This document shows, piece by piece, positions 19,785 through 32,741 of a DNA stretch of 64,000 nucleotides (its first letter is position 1; each line of letters starts with the position of its first letter). Source of the stretch: Rhodospirillaceae bacterium. Lineage in GTDB: Bacteria; Pseudomonadota; Alphaproteobacteria; Reyranellales; Reyranellaceae. The stretch covers positions 36,970 through 100,969 of the forward strand of contig WOUR01000015.1 in NCBI GenBank assembly GCA_009772935.1. The letters are read 5' to 3'. A program made the position numbers and the translations under genes. Under the pieces are notes generated by a model. It did no database searches and was not told the DNA's origin. It was given only the letters and a program-made list of their open reading frames with translations.

Positions 19785-20639
19785 TTAGGGCGTCGGCCCG
19801 CTCCAAGACTCAAGCGCATCCCACTTCGCCTTGCGCTGCTCGCCGCGAGGCTTCTTGAAGTCGTGGCCGTACGCGGCCGTGTCGAACGACCCGTAGGTCG
19901 GGTTGGGCAACATCAGCCACTGCTTGCCCCAATAGGGCATGCCGGCCTCGAACGCCTTCACCCGTTCGGCCTCGCTGCTGCGGTAGCGATCGTCGAAGTC
20001 GCCCAGATTGTCGCCGATGTTCAGCAGGATGCGATAATCCTTCGCGATCGTGGCGCGGCGCGTGCTCTTGGCGCCGGTCCAGTCCGGCTTCTCGCCCTGC
20101 ATCAGGAACGTGTCGACATTGCCGCCCAGGGGAAATCCGAGCTTCTCCATGTTGGCCCGCGTGTCCTTCTCGGTCTCGATGCCCCGGTTGGTGACGTAGA
20201 AGACCTTCACGCCCTTCGACTCGGCGTACTTGGTGAACTCGACGGCGCCGGGAATGGCCGCCGAGATCTGGGCGGCGCAGAACAGGTTCCAGCTCTTCGT
20301 GCTGAAGCTCTGGTCTGCCCGCATCAGCCAAACCTGATATTTCGAGTTGTCGAGCACGGTTTCGTCGACGTCGAGCACCACGGCCGGCGGCAGGTTCTGG
20401 AAATCGCCCGTCTGCTCGCCCGGGGCGGCCGTCCAGCTCCTGTCGGCCAGCGCCTCGTCGAGACGCAGGCGCGCCAGCGCATACACCGTCAAAGCATTGG
20501 CCTTGTACTCGACGGCGCGCTGCATCCACAGATTGGCGAGCAGCAGGTCGTGCGCCGGCGGGACATCCTGGGCGCGGACCGCGCCACCGGAGAGGATGGC
20601 GAGAAGAAGACCGAGAAGCAAAGTCTTGCGGGCGGTCAT
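19785..20639 (-). CDS. class C acid phosphatase / 5'-nucleotidase, e(P4) family (HAD)
   Basis: DVDETVLDNS, FYVTNR, IGDNLGDF, LPNPTYG; N-terminal signal peptide. Confidence 0.9.
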   Translation of the reverse strand: MTARKTLLLGLLLAILSGGAVRAQDVPPAHDLLLANLWMQRAVEYKANALTVYALARLRLDEALADRSWTAAPGEQTGDFQNLPPAVVLDVDETVLDNSKYQVWLMRADQSFSTKSWNLFCAAQISAAIPGAVEFTKYAESKGVKVFYVTNRGIETEKDTRANMEKLGFPLGGNVDTFLMQGEKPDWTGAKSTRRATIAKDYRILLNIGDNLGDFDDRYRSSEAERVKAFEAGMPYWGKQWLMLPNPTYGSFDTAAYGHDFKKPRGEQRKAKWDALESWSGPTP

Positions 20640-21595
20640 GGCGATATCCTCTCCAGCAGCTGCCGCCTGGTTGCCTCGTCGGCAAAGGAGGCCTCGATCG
20701 TCGTGCGGACGATGCCGCGCAGTTGTCCCTCGTCGAGCCCGGCGAGATCGTATTCGGTGCCGAGTGTCGTGTGGAAGAAGGGTGGATCGTCGGAGTTGAG
20801 CGTGACTCGCACACCCGCATCGATCAACCGATGCAGCGGATGCACGGCCCGATCGGGATAGAGGCCGAGCGCGACGTTGCTGCCTGGACAGACCTCGAGG
20901 ACGATGCCACGCCGCGCCAGTTCCTCCATCAAGGCCGGATCGTCCGCCGAGCGCACGCCGTGGCCGATACGGGTCACCGGCAGGTCACGGATCGCGGCCC
21001 AGACGCTCTCCGGTCCCACGACTTCGCCGGCATGGACGGTGCAGCCATAGCCATTCTCATGGGCGAGGCGGTAGGCGGGTGCGAAGTCGATGGGCGCGAA
21101 CCTGGCTTCGTCGCCGCCCATGCCGAAGCCCACGACATAGGGATGCGGCTCGGCCAGCATAGCACGGACCATCGCCTCGGCCCGCTCCGGCCCGAGATGG
21201 CGGATGCAGATGATGATGATGCGGCCTTCGATACCGAACGCGCGGCGGGCGTCGTCGATGCCCTCAGCCAGCGCCTCCAGCCAATGGGCGTAGGAGATAC
21301 CGAGCGCGGCCGGCCGCTCGGGCGAACAGAACATCTCGACATAGACCGCACCCTCCCGCGCCGCGCCGGCGAGATAGGTGTAGATCACATCGCGGAAGTC
21401 GCGCGGCGTCTTCAGCGCCGTGCAGACGCGGTCGTAGGCGTCGAGGAAGCTCCAGAAATTCGTCCAGGCGTAGTGGCCCTTTGCATCCAACAGGTTCGGA
21501 GGCAGCACCAGGCCATTTCGTTCAGCCAGTTCGAGGGCCAGCTTGGGCGGGATCGAGCCTTCGAGATGGCAATGGATTTCGGCCTTGGGAATCAC
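20636..21595 (-). CDS. add: adenosine/adenine deaminase
   Basis: KAEIHCHLEGS, HAGE, RIGHG, NSDDP; GTG start overlapping the upstream stop. Confidence 0.92.
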   Translation of the reverse strand: MIPKAEIHCHLEGSIPPKLALELAERNGLVLPPNLLDAKGHYAWTNFWSFLDAYDRVCTALKTPRDFRDVIYTYLAGAAREGAVYVEMFCSPERPAALGISYAHWLEALAEGIDDARRAFGIEGRIIIICIRHLGPERAEAMVRAMLAEPHPYVVGFGMGGDEARFAPIDFAPAYRLAHENGYGCTVHAGEVVGPESVWAAIRDLPVTRIGHGVRSADDPALMEELARRGIVLEVCPGSNVALGLYPDRAVHPLHRLIDAGVRVTLNSDDPPFFHTTLGTEYDLAGLDEGQLRGIVRTTIEASFADEATRRQLLERISP

Positions 21596-22383
21596 GCGAA
21601 TCCTCGCAGCGGCAGGTCGGGGCGTTGCAGCCAGTTGTCGGCAGGATAATCGGCCCGACCGTCGATCAGGTGCAAGCTGTAGGCATGGCGCGGACGCGAC
21701 GAGCGGTTGGCCGTGCTGGCATGAGGCAGGAGCCCGTGCAGGACGATGACGGTGCCGCGCCGGACCTCCAGCGCGACAGGATCGACCGGCGGCCATGGCG
21801 TCGAATCGATGGTGCGACTGACGAGTTCTCCACCCTGATAGCCGAACCACTCCCGCAGCGGCCCACGATGGGCACCCGGCAAAGCGATCAGACAGCCATT
21901 GTCCCGGTCGGCATCGTCGAGGGCGATCCAGAAGCCCGTGACGCTGGGCGGCTCGGTGCGCAGGAACGTCGCGTCCTGGTGCCAGCCGACCTCGGCGCCT
22001 ACATGGGCATGCTTGAACAGGTACATCGACTGCAGGAGCAGCGGCGCTTCGATGCCGAGCGCATCCGCGAGCGCGGCCAGCCGCGGCTGCCGCGAGAAGC
22101 GGTCGAACACCGGGTCGAGATCGTGCAGGGCGTGGCCGATCTTGTTCAGCTGCGAGGGCGCCTCCGCCTCGACGAAGAAACGGATATCGCCGCCCGATTC
22201 ACGAAAGTAGCGATCTCTGGCATGGGCCTGGTCGACGGTCGAGAAGATCGTGGACGCAGCGCCGCGGTCGAACCCGGCCAGGAGTGCGTCGGCGCGCGCC
22301 TTGAGCGCCTCGCAGTCGGCCACCGACACAAAATCCGGCAGGACCATGAAGCCATCGCGCGCATAGGCGTCGAGGTCGATCAC
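21592..22383 (-). CDS. phytanoyl-CoA dioxygenase family Fe(II)/2OG enzyme (PHYHD1-like)
   Basis: QSMYLFK, WHQDATF (HxD), [16 protein letters not shown], distal His in [10 protein letters not shown]. Confidence 0.88.
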   Translation of the reverse strand: MIDLDAYARDGFMVLPDFVSVADCEALKARADALLAGFDRGAASTIFSTVDQAHARDRYFRESGGDIRFFVEAEAPSQLNKIGHALHDLDPVFDRFSRQPRLAALADALGIEAPLLLQSMYLFKHAHVGAEVGWHQDATFLRTEPPSVTGFWIALDDADRDNGCLIALPGAHRGPLREWFGYQGGELVSRTIDSTPWPPVDPVALEVRRGTVIVLHGLLPHASTANRSSRPRHAYSLHLIDGRADYPADNWLQRPDLPLRGFA

Positions 22384-23702
22384 AACGCGACCCGCTCGAG
22401 GATGGCGGGTGTCTCGGACGGCGCCTCCTCTTCGATGCGGACGGCACGGCGTATCAGGGCAATCGCCGCGTCCGCATCGGCCTCGCTGGCGGCATGGACG
22501 AGGCAGAGCGGTTCGCCGCGCTGTATGTGCCGCCCGACATCGACGAATTCCGTGAGACCGACCGAGGTATCGATGGCATCGTCGGCGTGGCGCCGCCCGC
22601 CGCCCAATTCGACGACGGCAATGCCCACCTGCCGGGCGTCCATACCGGTGACATGGCCGGACCGCTCGGCCGTGCAGGGCTTCACGACGGCGGCATGGCC
22701 GAGATAGCGGGCACTGTGTTCGAGGAAATCGCCGGGACCTCCCAGTGCCGAAACCATGCGAGCGAAGGTCTCGGCGGCGCGGCCGTTAGCCAGCGCCGTT
22801 TCGGCCTTGGCCCTTCCTTCGGCGGTGTCCGCCGCCAGCCTGCCGAGCACCAGCATCTCGCCCGACAGCGCCATCGTGATCTCATGCAGGCGCGGCTCGC
22901 GCGCACCGCTGCCGGTGAGATAGGCCACCGTCTCCGCGACTTCGAGCGCGTTGCCGACCTCACGGCCCAGCACCCGGTCCATGTCGGTGATCAGCGCCGC
23001 CGTCGGCAGGCCGGCCCTGTTGGCGACATCGACCAGGCTCTGCGCGAGGTCACGCGCCATCTCGGGAGTGTCGCAGAAGGCGCCGGAGCCGCACTTCACA
23101 TCCATCACCAGCCCGTCCAGCCCCTCGGCGACCTTCTTGCTCAGGATCGAACTCACCAGCAGCGGGATCGATTCGACGCTGCCGGTGACGTCGCGCGTCG
23201 CATAGAGACGCCGGTCGGCCGGCGCCAGATCGTCGGTCTGGCCGATCACCGCGCAGCCGACCTCGCGCACGACGCGACGGAACGCGGCGATGTCGGGCTG
23301 GGTCTCGTAGCCCGAGATGGCGGAGAGCTTGTCGAGCGTGCCGCCGGTGTGGCCGAGGCCGCGGCCGGAGATCATCGGCACGAAGGCGCCGCAGGCGGCC
23401 ACGATCGGCGCCAGCATCAGACTCACCTTGTCCCCGACACCGCCGCTCGAATGCTTGTCGAGCACCGGCCCCGGCAGGGCCAGATCGCGCCAGTCGAGCA
23501 TGATGCCCGAGCGCGCCAATCCGAGAGTCAGCGCGACCCGCTCCGGCACCGTCATGCCTCGGAAGAACACGGTCATCGCGAAGGCCGCCACCTGGCCCTC
23601 GCTCAGGCTGCCGTCGTGGATGCCGCGCACGATGAAGGCGATCTCCGCGTCGGAGAGTTCGTGCCCGTCGCGCTTCCGGCGGATTATCTCCTGCGGCAGC
23701 AT
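22380..23702 (-). CDS. deoA: thymidine/pyrimidine-nucleoside phosphorylase
   Basis: [55 protein letters not shown]. Confidence 0.97.
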   Translation of the reverse strand: MLPQEIIRRKRDGHELSDAEIAFIVRGIHDGSLSEGQVAAFAMTVFFRGMTVPERVALTLGLARSGIMLDWRDLALPGPVLDKHSSGGVGDKVSLMLAPIVAACGAFVPMISGRGLGHTGGTLDKLSAISGYETQPDIAAFRRVVREVGCAVIGQTDDLAPADRRLYATRDVTGSVESIPLLVSSILSKKVAEGLDGLVMDVKCGSGAFCDTPEMARDLAQSLVDVANRAGLPTAALITDMDRVLGREVGNALEVAETVAYLTGSGAREPRLHEITMALSGEMLVLGRLAADTAEGRAKAETALANGRAAETFARMVSALGGPGDFLEHSARYLGHAAVVKPCTAERSGHVTGMDARQVGIAVVELGGGRRHADDAIDTSVGLTEFVDVGRHIQRGEPLCLVHAASEADADAAIALIRRAVRIEEEAPSETPAILERVAL

Positions 23703-23704
23703 GT

Positions 23705-24496
23705 TCAGGCGCACCGTTCGAGAAAGGTGCGCAGCACGAGGCGCACCTTGTCCGCCGCCGCGGTCGCCACCGACAGCGTCTGCTCATGGGCGAGCGCACC
23801 CGGCACGAGGCCGGCGGCGTAGTTCGTCATCAGCGACAGCGCCGCCACCCTGAGGCCGGCGTGGCGCGCCAGGATCGTTTCGGGGGCCGTCGACATGCCC
23901 ACGGCATCGGCGCCCAGCACCCGCGCCGCGCGGATCTCGGCCGGTGTCTCGAAGCTCGGCCCGCTGAAGAAGATGTAGACACCCTCGTGGCAGGCGACAT
24001 TGGCCGCGCGCGCCGCTTCCATCAGCTTCGTGCGCAAGACCGGATCGTAGGCATCGACCATGTCGACGAAGCGGCTGTCGCCCGTCCCCAGGCCGAACAG
24101 CGGATTGGCGCCGGTGAAGTTGATGTGATCGCCGATCGCCATCAACGAGCCCGGCGGCATGTCGAGCCGCAGGCTGCCGGCGGCATTGGTCTGCAGCAAT
24201 GTTTCGCAACCCAGTCCAGCCATCGCATCGATGGCGCCCTTCATCTCGTCGGCCCGGCCGCGTTCATAGTAATGCGCGCGGCCCTGCAGCACAGCAACCG
24301 GTGTCGGACCGACATGGCCCAGCACCAGCCGCCCGGCATGACCGCCGACCGTCGGCCGAGGGAAGCCCGGCAGGTCGGCATAAGGAATCGTCGCAACCGC
24401 CGCGACTTCGTCAACGAAGCCGCCGAGGCCGGAGCCGAGGATAACCGCGACCTTCGGTCGAAAGCCCGGGGCGACCTGCTTGAGAGTGCTGCTCAC
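23705..24496 (-). CDS. punA: purine-nucleoside phosphorylase (trimeric PunA/XapA type)
   Basis: [41 protein letters not shown]. Confidence 0.92.
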   Translation of the reverse strand: MSSTLKQVAPGFRPKVAVILGSGLGGFVDEVAAVATIPYADLPGFPRPTVGGHAGRLVLGHVGPTPVAVLQGRAHYYERGRADEMKGAIDAMAGLGCETLLQTNAAGSLRLDMPPGSLMAIGDHINFTGANPLFGLGTGDSRFVDMVDAYDPVLRTKLMEAARAANVACHEGVYIFFSGPSFETPAEIRAARVLGADAVGMSTAPETILARHAGLRVAALSLMTNYAAGLVPGALAHEQTLSVATAAADKVRLVLRTFLERCA

Positions 24497-24888
24497 GACG
24501 ATGCGAAGTGCTGCGGACCGAAGGACATCGGCAGGAGCTGCCCCAGGGTTACCGTGCGATGCAGCCCGTCGGGACCGCAGAGATGGACCGGCACATCGTC
24601 GGCCGCGAACTCGCGCAGCTTCTGCCGGCAGCCGCCGCAGGGCGTGATGACTTCAGGACCGGGACCGACCACGACGCATTCGAGGATGCGCTTGTGTCCT
24701 GCCGCGACCAGGGCCGCAATGGCGCTTGCCTCGGCACAGAGGCCCTGCGGATAGGCCGCGTTCTCGACATTGCAGCCGCCATGGATCGAGCCGTCCGCGG
24801 CCCGGAGCGCGGCGCCGACATGGAACTTCGAATATGGCGCATGGGCGTGCAACATCATCCGCTGAGCCAGGTGGAGAAGGTCGTTCAT
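24493..24888 (-). CDS. cdd: cytidine deaminase
   Basis: APYSKFHVGAA, NVENAAY, CAE, PCGGCRQ. Confidence 0.97.
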   Translation of the reverse strand: MNDLLHLAQRMMLHAHAPYSKFHVGAALRAADGSIHGGCNVENAAYPQGLCAEASAIAALVAAGHKRILECVVVGPGPEVITPCGGCRQKLREFAADDVPVHLCGPDGLHRTVTLGQLLPMSFGPQHFASS

Positions 24889-24889
24889 C

Positions 24890-25810
24890 TCAATGCTCCT
24901 TCTCGTAGGGCACGCCGGCCGCCTTCGGCGCGACCGTGCGGCCGATGAACCCGGCCAACAGGAACAGCGTCAGAAGATAAGGCATAGCCTGGATCAGTTG
25001 CACCGGGACTTCGCCGACACCCGGCAGTTTCACGCCCTGCAGGCGGATGGCAATGGAATCCAGGAGGCCGAAGGCAAGGCAGGCGCCGAACGCCGGCATC
25101 GGCCGCCAGCGCCCGAAGATGATCGCGGCCAGCGCAATGAAGCCCTGCCCCGCCGTCATGTCGCGGCTGAACCCGGCATTCTGGGCGATCGAGAGATAGG
25201 CGCCCGCGAGACCGGCGAACAGGCCGCAGATCAGCACCGCCCGATAGCGCAGCCCCGACACCGAAATGCCGGCGGCATCGACCGCCAGGGGCACCTCGCC
25301 CACGGCACGCAGCCTGAGGCCGAAGCGCGTGCGCTCGATCACCCACCAGGCGAAGGGCACGGAGAGCAGCGCCACATAGACCAGGACATTGTCGCCGGCG
25401 ACAGGGAAGAAGATCGGATTGAGACGCTCCGCCGCGGCCAGCGGCGGCGTCTGGCCGCCGCGGCCAAACCATGCCGCGCCCAGCACCACCGTAAGGCCCA
25501 TTGCCAGGATATTGATCGCGATGCCGCTCACCACCTGGTTGCCGCGATGGGTGACACAGGCAAAGCCGTGCAGCAGGGCCAAAACCTCGGCCGCGAGGAT
25601 CGCGGCGCCGACACCGGCCCAGGCGGAGCCGGTGAGCGACGCCGTGGCCGCCGCGAAGAAAGCCGCCATCAGCATCTTTCCTTCGAGGCCGACATCGATG
25701 ATGCCGCTCTTCTCGGAGAACAGCCCGCCCATGGCGCAGAGCACCAGCGGCGTCGCCACGCGCAAGGTGGCGGCGAGCGTCGCAACGACGAGGGTGAGCG
25801 TCTCCTCCAT
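24890..25810 (-). CDS. nucleoside ABC transporter permease
   Basis: EKSGIIDVGLEG, GLRLRAVGE, GFIALAAIIFGRW, PYEKE. Confidence 0.92.
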   Translation of the reverse strand: MEETLTLVVATLAATLRVATPLVLCAMGGLFSEKSGIIDVGLEGKMLMAAFFAAATASLTGSAWAGVGAAILAAEVLALLHGFACVTHRGNQVVSGIAINILAMGLTVVLGAAWFGRGGQTPPLAAAERLNPIFFPVAGDNVLVYVALLSVPFAWWVIERTRFGLRLRAVGEVPLAVDAAGISVSGLRYRAVLICGLFAGLAGAYLSIAQNAGFSRDMTAGQGFIALAAIIFGRWRPMPAFGACLAFGLLDSIAIRLQGVKLPGVGEVPVQLIQAMPYLLTLFLLAGFIGRTVAPKAAGVPYEKEH

Positions 25811-25811
25811 C

Positions 25812-26905
25812 TCAGCCCTTCCGCGCGAAGAGCGCCTGAAGCCACGGCCGCGGCAGATGAACGAGCGCGCCCGAGAATAGGATCACCAGCCCCTGGATCA
25901 CCACCACCATCTCTCGCGTGATCTTCGGGATTTCGAAATTCAGTTCGGCCCCGCCCTGCTGCAGCGCACCAAACAGCAGCGCCGCCAGAACGATGCCCAG
26001 TGGATGCCCCCTTCCCATCAGCGCCACCGCGATGCCGGTGAAACCGTACCCGGCGGCGAAGTCGAGGACGAGCCGGTGATGCACGCCCAGCAGTTCGTTG
26101 ACGGCGACGCCGCCGGCCAGCGCGCCGGACAGGCACATCGCCAGCATGGTCATGCGCTTCAGGTTGGTGCCGGCATAGAGGGCCGCTTCCGGATTATGCC
26201 CCATGGTGCGCAGCGAGTAGCCCCACGGCGTGTGCCACAGGAAGATCCAGACGCCGACGCAAGCCACAAGCGCGAGCAGCAGCGACAGGTTGAGCGCCGA
26301 CGGCGCGACCGCGATGCCGATCCACTGCAGCGCCGCCTGCATCGACGGCACCGCGGCAGAGGCGGTGAAGCCCCGGCTCTGCGGCGTCATCGAGCCCGGC
26401 GCGATCAGCACGTTCACCATCAGGTAGACCATCAGGGCCGAGGCCACGAAGTTGAACATGATGGTGGTGATGACGATGTGGCTGCCGCGCCAGGCCTGCA
26501 TCCAGGCGGGAATGGCGGCCCAGGCCGCACCGAAGGCCGCTGAGGCGAGAATGGCCAGCGGGATCACGAGCAATGTCGGCAGGTAGCGGTCGAGTGCCAG
26601 CACGGCAAGGCCGCAGCCCAGCCCGCCGATATAGGCCTGACCTTCGCCACCGATGTTGAACAGGCCGGCATGGAAGGCCACTGCGACGGCGAGGCCGGTG
26701 AAGATGAAATTGGTGGCGTAATAAAGCGTGTAGCCGATCGATTCGGACGAACCCAAGGCACCCAGCACCAGCAGCTTGAGCGCATGGAAGGGATCGACGC
26801 CGATGACCGCCACGATCAACCCGACGAGCAGGAACGCCATCGCGATATTGGCCAGCGGCAGCAGGCCTATCTCGACCCAGCCGGGCAGCGGACGGCGCGA
26901 CGCGC

Positions 26906-26909
<4 letters not shown>
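25812..26909 (-). CDS. nucleoside ABC transporter permease
   Basis: FHAGLFNIGGEGQ, VITTIMFN, GFTGIAVALMG. Confidence 0.92.
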
Positions 26910-28428
<1,519 letters not shown>

Positions 28429-28441
<13 letters not shown>

Positions 28442-29448
28442 GAATTGTTGCTCATATAGTCGTGGACGACGATCTGGCCCGAGATGATGCCGGCCTTCGC
28501 GGCCTCGACCGCGGCCTTCATCTGCGGCGTGATGAGTTTTTCGTTGTCCTTGTCGAGCGCCCAGTCGACGCCGCCTTCCTTGAGACCCAGCACCTGCACG
28601 CCCCCCTTCCACTCGTTGTTCCGGGCAGCCTTGAAGCTGTTGTAGGCCGCAAGATCGACGCGCTTCAGCATCGAGGTCAGCATGTTGCCGGGATGCAGGT
28701 GATTCTGGTTGGAGTCGACGCCGATCCCGAGCTTGCCGCGATCCTTGGTCGCCTGGAGGATGCCGAGACCGGTGCTGCCGGCGGCGGCATAGACGACGTC
28801 GACCCCGCGATCGAACTGTCCCTTGGCCAGTTCCGCGCCACGGCCCGGATCGTTCCAGGCGGCGGGGGTCGTGCCGGTCATGTTGGTGATCAGCTCGGCG
28901 TTGGGACTGGCGTATTTGATGCCCTGCTCGAACCCGCACTGGAAGCGGCGTACCAGAGGGATGTCCATGCCGCCCACGAACCCGATCTTGCCGGTCTTCG
29001 AGGCCATTGCCGCCAGCACGCCGACGAGGAAGGAGCCTTCCTGCTCCTTGAACACGACCGACTGGACGTTGGGCAGGTCGACGACGCTGTCGATGACGGT
29101 GAAATGGATGTTGGGGAATTCCCGGGCGACCTTGTCGAGGGCGACCGCCTGCGCGAAGCCGACGGCGATGATCGGATCCTGGCCACGCTGGGCGAAGCGC
29201 CGCAGCGCCTGCTCGAACTGGGTCTCGTTGCTGGGCTCGAACTCGGCAACGGCGATGTTCGTCTCCTTCTTGAAGCGCTCGGCGCCCTGCCAGACACCCT
29301 CATTGAACGACTTGTCGAACTTGCCGCCGGTGCTGAAGACGATGGCCGGCTTGACGGCGACGGTCTGTGCCTGCGCGAGAGCACCGAGACCGACGACGGC
29401 CAGCACGGAGATCACGGAGCCAACCCAGCGTTTCATTGCCATTCCCAT
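28429..29448 (-). CDS. BMP family nucleoside ABC transporter substrate-binding protein
   Basis: GGKFDKSFNEG, FKEQEGSFLVG, IGVDSNQ, TSMLKRVD; start may be a few codons later. Confidence 0.92.
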
Positions 29449-29562
29449 GTTGTTGGCGAGAGTTTGGACCGTGCCGCGTCCCCGGTCTAGGCGCAGAAGG
29501 GGCCACCGGAGACGGGCACGGGACTTGCTATACTACAGCGCAAAGCCGCCCCGGGAGGATTC

Positions 29563-31008
29563 ATGGCCGAGTATGATCTCGTCATCCGCAACACGACGAT
29601 TGCCACGGCCTCCGACGTGGTGAAGGGCGACATCGGAATCGTCGGCGGGCGCGTGGTGGCGCTGGGCGAAAAGCTCGACAAGGGACGCCGCGAGATCGAC
29701 GCCACCGGCCTGATCGCGGTGCCCGGCGGCATCGACGCGCATGTCCATTTCGACCAGGACACGGCCGACGGCTCGGTCTTCTGCGACGATTTCGAGAGCG
29801 GCAGCCGCGCCGCCGCGGCCGGTGGAACCACCACCATCATTCCCTTCGCCTACCAGAACAAGGGCCAGCCGCTGCGCGACGCGGTCAACAAGTATCACAA
29901 GCGCGCCGAGGGCAAGTCGCTGATCGACTATGCGTTCCATGTGATCCTGTCGGATGCCAGCGAGAAGATAATGGGCCAGGATTTCACCGCCCTGGTCGCC
30001 GACGGCTACACCTCGTTCAAGGTCTATATGACCTACGACGACGTGAAGCTGACCGACCGCGAGATGCTGGACGCGCTGGCCGCCGCCCGCCGCGAGCAGG
30101 CGATGCTCATGATCCACGCGGAAAATTCCGACTGCATCACCTGGCTGACAGAGCGGCTGGAGCTGAAAGGCATGACGGCCGCGAAGTTCCATGCGACCTC
30201 GCGCCCCTTCGTGGTCGAGCGCGAGGCCACGCACCGCGCCATCTCGCTGGCCGAACTGCTCGACGTGCCGATGCTGCTGGTCCACGTCTCTGCCAAGGAG
30301 GCGATGCACGAGATCCAGCGCGCCCAGGCGCGGGGCCTCAGGGTCTATGGCGAGACCTGCCCGCAATACCTGTTCCTGAGCGAAGAGGATTTCGAGAAGC
30401 CGGGCGAGGAAGGCGCCAAATGCGTCTGCTCGCCGCCGCCGCGCGGCACCGACAACCAGGAACATATCTGGACCGGCCTCTCGGCCAACACCTTCCAGGT
30501 CCTTTCGTCCGACCATGCCGCGTTCAAATTCGATGATGTGCGCGGCAAGAAGCTGCCGGGTGCGGCCCAGAGCTTCCGCAAGATCCCCAACGGCGTGCCA
30601 GGCGTGGAGACGAGATTGCCGCTGCTCTTCTCCGAAGGCGTCAACAAGGGCCGCCTCACCCTGCAGCAGTTCGTGGCGCTCAGTTCGACCAATGCCGCCA
30701 AGATCTACGGCCTGCACCCGCGCAAGGGCACGATCGCGGTCGGCTCGGATGCCGATATCGTACTGTGGGATCCCGAGCGCCGGGTGAGCCTCACCAATTC
30801 GATCCTCCATCACAATTGCGACTACACGCCCTACGAGGGACGCGAACTCACCGGCTATCCGGTGATGACCCTGTCGCGCGGCGAGGTGGTGATGGAGGAA
30901 GGCCGCATGAGCGGCTCGGCCGGCCGCGGCGTCTTCCAGAAATGCGACCGCCCCGAAGCCGCCCGCCCGCGCGGCCGGCCCCTGATCGATCCGTCGATCT
31001 TCAATTAG
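29563..31008 (+). CDS. hydA: dihydropyrimidinase / D-hydantoinase
   Basis: PGGIDAHVH, SFKVYM (carboxy-Lys), HAEN, ETCPQYL, SSDH, PNGVPGVETR, GSDADIV. Confidence 0.92.
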   Translation: MAEYDLVIRNTTIATASDVVKGDIGIVGGRVVALGEKLDKGRREIDATGLIAVPGGIDAHVHFDQDTADGSVFCDDFESGSRAAAAGGTTTIIPFAYQNKGQPLRDAVNKYHKRAEGKSLIDYAFHVILSDASEKIMGQDFTALVADGYTSFKVYMTYDDVKLTDREMLDALAAARREQAMLMIHAENSDCITWLTERLELKGMTAAKFHATSRPFVVEREATHRAISLAELLDVPMLLVHVSAKEAMHEIQRAQARGLRVYGETCPQYLFLSEEDFEKPGEEGAKCVCSPPPRGTDNQEHIWTGLSANTFQVLSSDHAAFKFDDVRGKKLPGAAQSFRKIPNGVPGVETRLPLLFSEGVNKGRLTLQQFVALSSTNAAKIYGLHPRKGTIAVGSDADIVLWDPERRVSLTNSILHHNCDYTPYEGRELTGYPVMTLSRGEVVMEEGRMSGSAGRGVFQKCDRPEAARPRGRPLIDPSIFN

Positions 31009-31042
31009 AGAAGGATGACTTTAGGTTCGACCCAAACCACTT

Positions 31043-31166
31043 CGTCGTCTCGACCGGAGCGCGCAGCGCGGAGCGGAGAGACCTCTTCTCCACCAAAAGC
31101 CGTCAAATCGGGGAGAGAAGGTCTCTCCACTCCGCCTCGCTACGCTCGCCTTCGGTCGAGACGACG
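31043..31166. repeat. large intergenic palindrome (GTCGTCTCGACCG...GAGAGACCT / AGGTCTCTC...CGGTCGAGACGAC)
   Basis: Nested inverted repeats between convergent hydA and isochorismatase genes. Confidence 0.82.
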
Positions 31167-31210
31167 GGGTGCCTTTTAGCTGGTGGTTCTTTTACGGACG
31201 CGACTCCAGA

Positions 31211-31894
31211 TCATCCACTTGAGGACTCCGCTGTATAGCCCTCGAGGAACTCGACCACTTCGACCACCGGCAGGACGTCGGCGTATTTCGCCATCATGTC
31301 GTAGAGGTTTGCGAAGTGCGGGCTCTCATGCTTGTCGGCGACGCATTCCTCCGGAACGATCATGCGGAAGCTGCGCGAAAGACCATCAACCACGGTGGCG
31401 CGCACGCAGCCTGAGGTCGAGCCGCCGGTGACGATCACCGTATCCACCCGGTGAAAGGTGAGCAGCGACCCCAGGTTCGTCTCGAAGAAGGCCGACGCCA
31501 TGCGCTTGTTCAAGACGATGTCATGGCCGCGGTCGACTTCGCAGCGATCGTCGAGTTGGGCCCGCCGGTCGCCGGCCGTGATGCTGCGTAGCGCCTCCGA
31601 CATGTCGGCACGCGTTCCCCAGACGCCGCAATCCTCGCCGGAGCCGAGATAGGCGACGAAGGTCCAGACCACGGGACAGCCGCGAAGGCGCAGCAGCCGC
31701 GCCAGCCTGTTCACATGCTCGATCTGGCGTGGATCGGTCTCGTAGGCGGTCCCGAACTCAGAGGGCCGCGTATAGCCGTTCTGGAGATCGATGTTCACCA
31801 GGGCGAGCTTGCGCCCGAAGCCGAAACGCGGCCGCTGCGGATCGGCCTTCAGGGCCTCGTAGAGTTGGCGCGCCGTCTTGGTCGACGTTTCCAT
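31211..31894 (-). CDS. isochorismatase-family cysteine hydrolase
   Basis: NIDLQ, KRMASAFFET, GGSTSGCVRATVVD; start METSTK at 31894. Confidence 0.88.
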   Translation of the reverse strand: METSTKTARQLYEALKADPQRPRFGFGRKLALVNIDLQNGYTRPSEFGTAYETDPRQIEHVNRLARLLRLRGCPVVWTFVAYLGSGEDCGVWGTRADMSEALRSITAGDRRAQLDDRCEVDRGHDIVLNKRMASAFFETNLGSLLTFHRVDTVIVTGGSTSGCVRATVVDGLSRSFRMIVPEECVADKHESPHFANLYDMMAKYADVLPVVEVVEFLEGYTAESSSG

Positions 31895-31932
31895 GCCAGG
31901 TGCCGGGGGATGAGGGTGGGTTACCTCCCAGC

Positions 31933-32715
31933 TTACCGAACGCGCGGTGTCGCGGCGACTCCTGGAACGTGGTTGAGCACCGAATGGACGAGACCGCCAT
32001 CGACCAGCAGCGACTGGCCGGTGATGTAGCTGGCCTGCGGGCTCAGCAGGAAGGCGATGGCATCGGCGATGTCGCCGGGCTTGGCGACCCGGCCGAGCGG
32101 CACCATCCTGGCGCGTCCGCGCGCCAGGATGGGCTTGCTGTAGATCGCGTCCGTCATGGAGGTATGGACGAAGCCGGGGCAAACAGCGTTGGCCCGGATG
32201 CCGTCGGGCGCCCATTCCTGCGCCATCATCTCGGTCAGCATGATCAGCGCCGCCTTGGTCGGGCTGTAGGCGCCGGTCGGAAGCTGCGGCACGACGCCCG
32301 CCATCGACGCCAGCATCACGATCGCCCCCTTGGAGCGCTTGAGATGCGGATGGGCGGCCTTGGCGAGCAGCCAGTTGGCGCGCAGGTTGATATCGAACAC
32401 GCGGTTCCAGGTCGCGAGATCGAGATCGACCAGCTTCGAGGGTGCGGTGATGCCGGCATTGCCCACCAGCGCGTCGATGCCGCCCATCGACTTGACGGCG
32501 GCGACGATCACCTTGGCAGGCTCCGTCGGCTTGGCCATGTCAGCCTTGAGCGTGCGCACCTTGCAGCCCGAGGTGCGCAGGTTGGTTGCCAACGCCTCGA
32601 GCTCGTCGAGATAGGCCACGTCGCAGAGGGTCATCGCCTCCGCGCCGTCGGCGGCCAGTTTCAAGGCGGTCGCGCGACCGATCCCACGGCTTGCGCCGGT
32701 AATGACGACCCGCAT
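31933..32715 (-). CDS. short-chain dehydrogenase/reductase
   Basis: TGASRGIG, NAG, YSPTK (YxxxK), NAVCPG, SYITGQ. Confidence 0.93.
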   Translation of the reverse strand: MRVVITGASRGIGRATALKLAADGAEAMTLCDVAYLDELEALATNLRTSGCKVRTLKADMAKPTEPAKVIVAAVKSMGGIDALVGNAGITAPSKLVDLDLATWNRVFDINLRANWLLAKAAHPHLKRSKGAIVMLASMAGVVPQLPTGAYSPTKAALIMLTEMMAQEWAPDGIRANAVCPGFVHTSMTDAIYSKPILARGRARMVPLGRVAKPGDIADAIAFLLSPQASYITGQSLLVDGGLVHSVLNHVPGVAATPRVR

Positions 32716-32741
32716 GATCTTGCCCCCCCCTTTTGCCTTTC

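Noticed and set aside
28442-28939. N-terminal extension of the nucleoside ABC ATPase
   Set aside because: It is an alternative frame of the BMP gene; the ATPase sequence starts near AAIELREIDKSFG.
31021-31040. GGTTCGA resembling a tRNA T-loop
   Set aside because: No cloverleaf or acceptor stem; it lies next to a REP-like palindrome.
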